DNA of 49,472 nucleotides from Chitinophaga pinensis. GTDB taxonomy: Bacteria > Bacteroidota > Bacteroidia > NS11-12g > UBA955. The first letter of the stretch is position 1; each line of letters starts with the position of its first letter. Shown here piece by piece: positions 18,634 to 25,818 of the stretch. The stretch spans positions 1 to 49,472 of the forward strand of contig CAMBBZ010000002.1 in the NCBI GenBank assembly GCA_945863965.1, read 5' to 3'. Position numbers and translations under genes: made by a program. Under the pieces are notes generated by a model. That model did no database searches. It worked only from the letters and a program-made list of their open reading frames with translations, and was not told the origin of the DNA.

Positions 18634-19512
18634 ATGTCAAAATCACGAATTGAATATCTCGAAATTCTAAATTTAGATGAATCTGCCACAATTAATGAAA
18701 TAGAGGCTCGGTTTAATGAATTGTACAGTGATTTTCAGATCCGATTGACTAATGCGCCCACCCCTAATTTGAAGAAACTTTATCAAAAAAACTTACAAGA
18801 ATTAGAGGAGACTTATGCCTTACTAACGAATCAGAAAGTCACAAGCCAACCCAAAACCGATTTGCCTTCATCAAAACCTGTCCAAAATTTTCAAAACGGG
18901 CCTAGCGAATCGAGCAACAAAAGTGATGCAAGTGATAACAAACGCCAGAGTAACCCTCAAGTCATTGCGGGAAGAGGTGCTAGAACTCCCATCCCAAATA
19001 ACAACAACGATAAGGTTCTGAAATCTTCAGGAATTTCTTTTAATATATTCGTCATTACCGTAGTTGTCGCCGTGGCCGGAATTGCGCTGCTCACAACACT
19101 TTACTTTGACGGGAAGAACGAAGTCGTTGAAATGCAAAAAGAAGCGGCAAAGGACCAAGATTTTCTAAAATTCAAAGACATCTTCAAAAATGGCAAGTTT
19201 AAGGTTGAGAATCGCACGAACCAAACCGTTACCGTTTTGATAACCCACATTACCTTCTTTGACAATCAAGGACAACTTAAAGAGTATAAATTTCTTGGGA
19301 CCGATGGAAATCCGAAATCGGTTCAAGTGGTTATCGAGCCTGGTAAAAATGTGAGCATTAACCAGTATGACGGACCAGTGAAATGGGATGGGTCGGTGGT
19401 ATCATATGCTATGCTAGTTTACGGAAACGGAAATTCAAGCCAGCCATCGGCTGTTTACAGTGGGATTTGGCTCCACGAATGGCCTGAAAATAAACTTGTA
19501 ATTACCCTTTAA
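18634..19512 (+). CDS. Single-pass membrane protein with an N-terminal J-domain-like helical module lacking HPD and a beta-rich C-terminal domain
   Basis: Residues 1-67 follow the J-domain helix I-III pattern (YLEILNLDESATINEIEARFNELY … LKKLYQKNLQELEETYALL), but the loop reads IRLTNAPTPN. A polar linker follows, then a TM helix (FNIFVITVVVAVAGIALLTTLYF) and a C-domain of about 130 aa. Confidence 0.7.
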   Translation: MSKSRIEYLEILNLDESATINEIEARFNELYSDFQIRLTNAPTPNLKKLYQKNLQELEETYALLTNQKVTSQPKTDLPSSKPVQNFQNGPSESSNKSDASDNKRQSNPQVIAGRGARTPIPNNNNDKVLKSSGISFNIFVITVVVAVAGIALLTTLYFDGKNEVVEMQKEAAKDQDFLKFKDIFKNGKFKVENRTNQTVTVLITHITFFDNQGQLKEYKFLGTDGNPKSVQVVIEPGKNVSINQYDGPVKWDGSVVSYAMLVYGNGNSSQPSAVYSGIWLHEWPENKLVITL

Positions 19513-19517
19513 TTATC

Positions 19518-21308
19518 ATGAGAATCAAAAACTTGGAACATGGCACATTTGCCAAAATCCAACAAGAGGTTGTAACAACTATTGCAGATGTTGGATTACC
19601 CGCATTGTTTGTCAACACCTTAGGGGATATTGAAAAAATCACCCGTCAAAATGAATTCCTTAATCAAGACATACGCATATGGATAATTGGTGAGTTACCC
19701 GATATTGACTGGGTAAACGTTGCTCATTGCGACCTTTCAAAAGATAAAGAGCTCATCGAGAAGGGCGAAATTGTTCATCATGATTTTCAGATCAATAACC
19801 AACATATTAATCTGTCTGCATCCAAAATTGAACATTATCAACCGGGTTTAATCAGTAGTATTCAACCCTTATTTACCGTAATATGCATATATAAACCCGA
19901 CGTCGATTCTTCTTTTGAAACGCTAAGATTATTAGCCGATGACCTACCGTGGGTTCATTTGATTGATTTTGACCATTGTTTGCCCGCATCATTAAAAAAA
20001 GAGTTATCACAAAAACTCATTCAGTTTGAGTACACGGAGATTACAGATAATATCGAAGTTCCAAACTTAGTGATGCTATTCAATCAAAATTCGCAAGAAA
20101 AACAAAGTATACACACGAATTATTTGAGCATCAATCAACTAAAAAAGACGGTAAAAACGATATCATTAATTGCAGGAAAAGAGCTAAACAACATCATTTC
20201 CAAAAAAGCAATTACCCAACAAAAGATATTACAAATCCCTGATTCGCGAAACAGCAATGTCAACGATTGCATTGCTAAATTAAAACAAATAATTCAACAA
20301 TATTCAGTAAATTACGAGAAAAGCACCATTACATCAACCGAATTATTTATTCAGTCTGAATCACATAGGGGCATCAAACAGACACTTTCCGAATTGGAAA
20401 ACCAAACCATTATTTTTAAAGAAACGCCCAAAACGAAAAACATAGAACTCTCTTTAGAAACAAAATTCGAGAACCAATTAAAAGGCGATTTACACCAAAA
20501 AATATCAAAAAAATGTGCCACTGATGTCCAAATTTTCATTGACACCATCAATGTCTTAGAGAAAGAAATCGAACAATTGTTAGATTCACAAGGCATTGTA
20601 TTCCAGAGAACCAATATGAAATATATCACCCAAAATGATATTGATTATTTCTTAAGTCAATGCTTTAATCGGAAAATCGATTATAGCGGCACCGCGCCAA
20701 ATAAAGGATTGTACGAATACTTCTCGGCAGCACGAAAGTTTCAAATGGTATTTTTCATGATGGCTTCGATATTTGGGGTTTCTGGATTGATAAAAAAATA
20801 TCAATTTGTATCCATACCCCTTTCCATTGTTCTTCTTGGATACGGAATCATAAATGTGTCGAAATCTGTTGCAAAAGAACGGGTCGAAAACGAAGAAAAG
20901 GAGACTAAATCAGCAATGGAAGCTATTGAGCGTTGGTTAAAAGATATCGGTAGCGACATGTCGAGAACTTGGACTAAAATTTTATTAGATACGTTTAAGT
21001 CGCAATTGAACATCCTCAATAGCGAGACTGAAACAGCGTTGAAAATTAATTTAACACAGCGAAATACTGAAACAGAAGATGAACGCAGAAAACAACAGAA
21101 AAGTCTTCAAACTTTTGAACTTAGCGAAAGAAAAATCGAAAACGTGCACCGCAGTGTCCAAACTATGGATCGCAATATTCAACGATTGCTATCAGATTCA
21201 AGAACTGGTTACAACCAGATATTGCGCGCTGAAAGAGATGGATCAAGAGATACAACTTCCGCAACAGAACGTAGGATTAGCAGATCTGAAAGACGATCAG
21301 ATACCTAG
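19518..21308 (+). CDS. Protein of 596 aa with no recognisable family: alpha/beta N-domain, helical middle, TM hairpin, C-terminal coiled coil and Arg/Ser/Asp/Glu tail
   Basis: Starts 5 nt after the previous stop. The hydrophobic hairpin MVFFMMASIFGVSGLIKKYQFVSIPLSIVLLGYGIINV spans nt 20745-20858. No P-loop (GxxxxGK[ST]) found. Confidence 0.8.
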   Translation: MRIKNLEHGTFAKIQQEVVTTIADVGLPALFVNTLGDIEKITRQNEFLNQDIRIWIIGELPDIDWVNVAHCDLSKDKELIEKGEIVHHDFQINNQHINLSASKIEHYQPGLISSIQPLFTVICIYKPDVDSSFETLRLLADDLPWVHLIDFDHCLPASLKKELSQKLIQFEYTEITDNIEVPNLVMLFNQNSQEKQSIHTNYLSINQLKKTVKTISLIAGKELNNIISKKAITQQKILQIPDSRNSNVNDCIAKLKQIIQQYSVNYEKSTITSTELFIQSESHRGIKQTLSELENQTIIFKETPKTKNIELSLETKFENQLKGDLHQKISKKCATDVQIFIDTINVLEKEIEQLLDSQGIVFQRTNMKYITQNDIDYFLSQCFNRKIDYSGTAPNKGLYEYFSAARKFQMVFFMMASIFGVSGLIKKYQFVSIPLSIVLLGYGIINVSKSVAKERVENEEKETKSAMEAIERWLKDIGSDMSRTWTKILLDTFKSQLNILNSETETALKINLTQRNTETEDERRKQQKSLQTFELSERKIENVHRSVQTMDRNIQRLLSDSRTGYNQILRAERDGSRDTTSATERRISRSERRSDT

Positions 21309-21331
21309 TTTCAGATCGATTTAACATATTT

Positions 21332-22858
21332 ATGAGAGTTGGTATAGATTTAGGTACTACCTATTCACTTATTACAGTTTTAGGCCATGATGGAAGACCT
21401 TATTTGATCCCCGATTCAGATAATCCAGAACTTTTTGCTACGCCGTCTGTGCTCAGTATTGCTGAAGGTTCCGCATTTGTAGGACATATAGTTGAAACAT
21501 TAATAGAGCATAATCCAGATTTATCTGTTCAGCGCTTTTTCAAGAGAAGTTTTGGAAAAACAAAACCTTTGTATTTCGATAAGAATGGAGCTCCATGGTA
21601 TCCTGAAGCGATGGCTGCATTGGTCTTAAAAAAGCTGAAATATGATGCTGAAATGTATTCAAATGAAAAAGTTGACGGCGCCGTAATCACAGTCCCCGCT
21701 CACTTTGACGATGCCCAGCGCAAGTGCGTTTTAAACGCCGCTGCATTAGCCGATATTCCAGTATTAGGTCTTGTCGAAGAACCCGTAGCCGCTGCGTTGC
21801 ACTACACCGTATCTCAAAAAGTATACGATAAAGTTGTATTAGTCTATGATTTAGGTGGGGGCACTTTTGATTCTACCTTATTGAGCATCGATGAAAATGG
21901 CACTTATGTGCTATCAAAAGAAGGTATTTCAGATTTAGGAGGTAAGGAGTTTGATGAGCAAATTGCCGCATATATAATCGAACAATTTGAAAAACTTAGC
22001 GGCAATAGCCTCAGCCTAAACGCTATTACACTTCTTCAATTGCGTAAACTTTCTGAGGAAGTAAAAATTGAGCTTTCCATTCCCATGCTTCCGTCAATCA
22101 AAAAAACTGTTTTTTTAGACAATCAAATGATTGAGATTGTATTTAGTCGCAAAATATTCGAAAACAGCATCGCAAATGCCATTGATAGTACTATAGACGC
22201 GACCCGTAAATGCATTCAAGGCGCTCATATGAAGCTAGAGGATGTAAATACAATACTCTTAGTCGGTGGCTCCTCAATGATTCCTCTTATCAGAGAAAAG
22301 CTGCGCACTATTTTCTCCAACTCCGATCAGAATATTATATTTCACGAACCCATGAAAGCAGTAGCTTTCGGGGCAAGTATTTATGCTGCACAAATTGCGG
22401 GAGACGCATCTATATACAATATCCCACCGGAATTCATGGGAATAACTGGATATAACATCGGTATAAAAACATACAACAACGATACAAAAAACGAAGAAAT
22501 CGATACTATAATTAGAAAAAATCTTCCTCTTCCGGTGAAGGCAACACGGACATATTATACAAGTTCTAACGAACAAAACAACATACGTTTACAAGTGGTG
22601 CAATTCAACGAAAAAGGAACTGATATTCATGCCATTGGAACGTTGAATATAGGTCCTATAAGTAACCCTAAGGCCAATTATCCGATAGAAATAACCTTAG
22701 AAAATACGGAAGATGGAATTATTCAAATTACGGCCTATGATCCGAATACAGGAATTGAAATAGAGCAAACATTCGGTTCAGAAGATGGTGAAGATAATTA
22801 CCTAACCAAACAAAAGCGACTAGTCGATAAAACCATAATTAACAACCTGCAGAAATAA
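21332..22858 (+). CDS. Hsp70-family ATPase paralogue, 508 aa, without the helical lid
   Basis: Motifs GIDLGTTYS, ITVPAHFDDAQRK, LVEEPVAAALHY, VYDLGGGTFD and LLVGGSSMIPLI. About 140 aa follow the nucleotide-binding domain, which fits a substrate-binding beta domain alone. There is no lid and no EEVD-type tail. Confidence 0.9.
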   Translation: MRVGIDLGTTYSLITVLGHDGRPYLIPDSDNPELFATPSVLSIAEGSAFVGHIVETLIEHNPDLSVQRFFKRSFGKTKPLYFDKNGAPWYPEAMAALVLKKLKYDAEMYSNEKVDGAVITVPAHFDDAQRKCVLNAAALADIPVLGLVEEPVAAALHYTVSQKVYDKVVLVYDLGGGTFDSTLLSIDENGTYVLSKEGISDLGGKEFDEQIAAYIIEQFEKLSGNSLSLNAITLLQLRKLSEEVKIELSIPMLPSIKKTVFLDNQMIEIVFSRKIFENSIANAIDSTIDATRKCIQGAHMKLEDVNTILLVGGSSMIPLIREKLRTIFSNSDQNIIFHEPMKAVAFGASIYAAQIAGDASIYNIPPEFMGITGYNIGIKTYNNDTKNEEIDTIIRKNLPLPVKATRTYYTSSNEQNNIRLQVVQFNEKGTDIHAIGTLNIGPISNPKANYPIEITLENTEDGIIQITAYDPNTGIEIEQTFGSEDGEDNYLTKQKRLVDKTIINNLQK

Positions 22859-22933
22859 TTATCAAAATACCTAAATTTAGTTAAGTCAAAATTTAAAATT
22901 GTAAATAAATTCGAGTAAATAAATTTTATATCT

Positions 22934-23797
22934 ATGGAAAACAATGAATCCCTGATGGAAGAAGCTCAATCTAGACTAGAAGAACTAAATCGATTGACTG
23001 AAGTTGCCCAAGAGCGCTTCGATAATGAATCACAGGAGCTAGAAAACCTAAGAACGAACTTAAGTGCTGATTTCGAATCATTTGTTGAATCTAGCAAATC
23101 CTCACTTCAGGAAATCGAAGAATACAAATCGCAGGTACAAGAGGTACAATCCGAAATTGAACAAATGAAATCAGATGCGGAGGAATTAAAATCGCAAACT
23201 GAAAATTTCAGAATGGAAACCGAAGATTTTAGAAATGCGGCGGAGGAATTCAAATCTCAAAGCGAGGATTTACGAGACGAAACAAACACCCTCAAATCTG
23301 ACACCGAAACCCTGAAAAGCGAAACCGAACAGTTACGCACAGAAACGGAAGAATTAAAGACTGATACGTCCGAGTTGCGCAACGAAACCGAACAACTACG
23401 AAACGAAAGCGATACATTAACTCAGGAAATTCAAGGTTTACGCGATGAGAGCAATAAACTGATGGACGAAACGACGCAATTAAGAAATGAAACTGAAGAG
23501 CTCAAAAATATCAGTTTGGAATTGAAAAATGATATTGAGAATCTTAAATCCCTCTCAGAACAATTGAGAGATGATATTGAAAACTTAAGAACGGAAAGTG
23601 AGCAAAAAAATCGTGAGATTTCTGATTTTAGAGACGATTCTGATAGTTTAAATAAAGAAACTATCGATTTGCGAGACGATGCTCGGGAAAGTGCGGATGA
23701 TGCAAATTCATATGCCCGCGATGCTGAGAACCACGAACAACGTGCGGATAGTGCTGCCGACCGCGCAGAAGCAGCTGCTGCTAGAGTAGGGTTTTAA
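22934..23797 (+). CDS. Hyper-acidic heptad-repeat protein of 287 aa
   Basis: Long ORF with no signal peptide. Leu or Phe recurs every 7th residue from residue 78 to 246 (one exception, K225), and the same register extends towards both termini. My hand count is about 82 Asp+Glu versus about 36 Lys+Arg. Confidence 0.8.
   Translation: MENNESLMEEAQSRLEELNRLTEVAQERFDNESQELENLRTNLSADFESFVESSKSSLQEIEEYKSQVQEVQSEIEQMKSDAEELKSQTENFRMETEDFRNAAEEFKSQSEDLRDETNTLKSDTETLKSETEQLRTETEELKTDTSELRNETEQLRNESDTLTQEIQGLRDESNKLMDETTQLRNETEELKNISLELKNDIENLKSLSEQLRDDIENLRTESEQKNREISDFRDDSDSLNKETIDLRDDARESADDANSYARDAENHEQRADSAADRAEAAAARVGF
23156..23680 (+). repeat. Twenty-five consecutive 21-bp (heptad) coding repeat units
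   Basis: Units include TETLKSE, TEQLRTE, TEELKTD, TSELRNE, TEQLRNE, SDTLTQE, IQGLRDE and SNKLMDE. The consensus is [TSI]-x-x-[LF]-[KR]-x-[ED]. Confidence 0.85.
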
Positions 23798-23812
23798 TGT
23801 GTTATTTTAGTT

Positions 23813-23839
23813 AAATAGGCTTAATTAGAAAGCCTATTT
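23813..23839 (+). terminator. Possible weak terminator hairpin after the heptad-protein gene
   Basis: aaataggct (23813-23821), 9-nt loop, agcctattt (23831-23839), followed by an A/T-rich tract. The stem is AT-rich, so it may be weak. Confidence 0.35.
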
Positions 23840-23852
23840 AATTTAATTAGAT

Positions 23853-25187
23853 ATGAAATTAATCAAAATCATCTCGGTTATTATCTTATTGAGTGCTAAA
23901 TTACCGGCAACCGCTCAAAGTATGACCGATAAGTGGGTAAAAACTGCATCAAGACAACTTAAGGCGACTATCTACCTGGATAGTATAAATGAAGACTATA
24001 CCTTTTTTGCCCAATCTAAACGCTCGAAGCTTTGGGGTTACGGACAATACACCGAAAAAAAAGCGATTTTATATATTCCAATTGGTTACCAAGAATTAAC
24101 GCCTATACAATCAGATGTATTTATGGCCAAGTACCAGAATGCCTATGGGTTAATTAAATCTAATTTCTCCGAAAATAACGCTATTTTAGTTCCATTTCTT
24201 TTCACTAGTTTTCTTTACGATGACCAATGTAAAGTTATGCAATCCGTGAAAATGAAAAATTCCCAAGGGAAATGGGGTATGTTCAACTTAAGAAACGGAA
24301 TGCTAATGGCGCCATTTTGGTTCGGAGTACCCGAAAATATTCCAAACGTATATTTACAACCAGACGACTCAATCAACATCGAACAAAAAGAACTATGGAA
24401 TCGCATACTTAATCAAAACAGCACCATTAAACTCTTGAATTTAAGTGGAGAACGACTTTTGCTTTTACATCCAGAATTGGATAAATTTTCTAAAATCACA
24501 GAAATCAATTTAAACGGTAATAATCTATCCCAAATACCCGATTGGTTTGACCAATTAAAATTAACATCACTCAATTTATTCGGAAACACCCACATAAGAT
24601 TTATACCACACACCATCAATCGGTTTCAAACTTTAAAAATATTGAAATTTGGTTGGCACACTTTGCCCGGAAGCTGGCCGGTTCGCAGTTGGTATGAAAC
24701 GTTGGAGTTTGACACCCTGCTTTTCGGAAGTCCTAGTATTACAGAAATTCACTGTAACCACTACTGCACAAGTCAGGAAAACCAAAATCACATTTTTACA
24801 TTCTTAAAGTCACTGCCTAATCTAAAACACATTCATTTTTATCGGGAATCTTCACTACCTCTCCCTTTAATACATACATGGGCATCAGCCGATTCCATTT
24901 CGACGGTCATTTTTGATGCTTTAATTACGGACACTAGCGCAACATCTATTGTCGAAGATATCGGTAAATTGACCCACCTTAAACACGTCCAGTTTAGTGG
25001 TATCGACTCTTTGGATCTTAAACCGTTGCGTTCCTTAACCAATCCACGCTTTATTCAAATCAAATTTTATAAAAAAATAGAGGGAAATCGTTACGGTTTT
25101 CTGAGAGAATTCAGGTACGATAACACGATGGAAAACAAAACGCATCAAGATTTTATAGACGCCCTTGATAATTATTCCTTAAATTAG
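23853..25187 (+). CDS. Secreted protein with WG-type repeats followed by leucine-rich repeats
   Basis: Signal peptide (ILLSAKLPATAQS). KLWGY and GKWGMFNLRNG motifs sit in the N-terminal half. LRR units include LNLSGERLLLLHPELDKFSKITEINLNGNNLSQIPDWFDQLKLTSLNLFGN. Confidence 0.8.
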   Translation: MKLIKIISVIILLSAKLPATAQSMTDKWVKTASRQLKATIYLDSINEDYTFFAQSKRSKLWGYGQYTEKKAILYIPIGYQELTPIQSDVFMAKYQNAYGLIKSNFSENNAILVPFLFTSFLYDDQCKVMQSVKMKNSQGKWGMFNLRNGMLMAPFWFGVPENIPNVYLQPDDSINIEQKELWNRILNQNSTIKLLNLSGERLLLLHPELDKFSKITEINLNGNNLSQIPDWFDQLKLTSLNLFGNTHIRFIPHTINRFQTLKILKFGWHTLPGSWPVRSWYETLEFDTLLFGSPSITEIHCNHYCTSQENQNHIFTFLKSLPNLKHIHFYRESSLPLPLIHTWASADSISTVIFDALITDTSATSIVEDIGKLTHLKHVQFSGIDSLDLKPLRSLTNPRFIQIKFYKKIEGNRYGFLREFRYDNTMENKTHQDFIDALDNYSLN

Positions 25188-25195
25188 TATCTTTG
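25188..25195 (+). promoter_or_regulatory. Putative Bacteroidota -7 box (TAnnTTTG) for the rpsP operon
   Basis: TATCTTTG lies 57 nt upstream of the rpsP ATG. Confidence 0.45.
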
Positions 25196-25251
25196 CACTC
25201 CGTTTTGGAGAAACGGAACCTCCTAGTGAGGTAAATAGTTAAATAAAAAAC

Positions 25252-25818
25252 ATGGCTACAAAAATCAGATTACAAAGACAAGGTAGAAAGAAAAGACCTT
25301 TCTATCACATTGTGGTGGCGGATTCGCGTGCTCCGAGGGATGGCCGTTTCATTGAAAAAATTGGAACCTACAACCCCATCACCAATCCTGCAACCATCGA
25401 ACTAGATGTGGACAAAGCAACCCAATGGTTATTAAAGGGAGCTGAACCCACAGACACCGCCGCGGCGATTCTATCGTACAAGGGCGCTAAGTACAAAAAA
25501 CACCTCCAAATCGGTGTTAACAAAGGAGCCATTACCCAAGAAGTAGCAGATCAAAAATTTGCCCTTTGGATGGCCGAAAAAGACAACAAAGTGCAATCTA
25601 AAGTAGACGTTTTAACCAAAGCACGCGAAGATCAACGCACTGCCGCATTTAAAGCCGAAGAAGCTAAGAAAGAGGCCATCGCTGCTAAGATTCAAGATCG
25701 TTTGATCGCTGAAGCTGCTGCTAATGCCCCTGTCGTTGAAGCTACTGAAGAAGTAACCGAAGCACCCGCTGATGAAGCCGGTACCGAAGAAGCTCCTGCT
25801 GAAGAAAGCGCTGAATAA
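25252..25818 (+). CDS. rpsP: 30S ribosomal protein S16 with a long Ala/Glu/Lys-rich C-terminal extension
   Basis: The N-terminal ~85 aa ([42 protein letters not shown]) are canonical S16. About 100 extra low-complexity residues follow. Confidence 0.95.
   Translation: MATKIRLQRQGRKKRPFYHIVVADSRAPRDGRFIEKIGTYNPITNPATIELDVDKATQWLLKGAEPTDTAAAILSYKGAKYKKHLQIGVNKGAITQEVADQKFALWMAEKDNKVQSKVDVLTKAREDQRTAAFKAEEAKKEAIAAKIQDRLIAEAAANAPVVEATEEVTEAPADEAGTEEAPAEESAE

Noticed and set aside
19518-20030. Active GTPase/ATPase call for the N-domain of the 596-aa protein
   Set aside because: I looked for Walker A (GxxxxGK[ST]), DxxG and NKxD motifs and found none. Only a structural resemblance is proposed, and only as a hypothesis.
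14033-25187. Prophage or integrative-element interpretation of the orphan gene block
   Set aside because: The Ala/Gln/Ser repeats faintly recall tail-fibre collars. However, there is no integrase, terminase, portal, capsid, tail or lysis gene, no tRNA target, and no flanking direct repeats that I could see.
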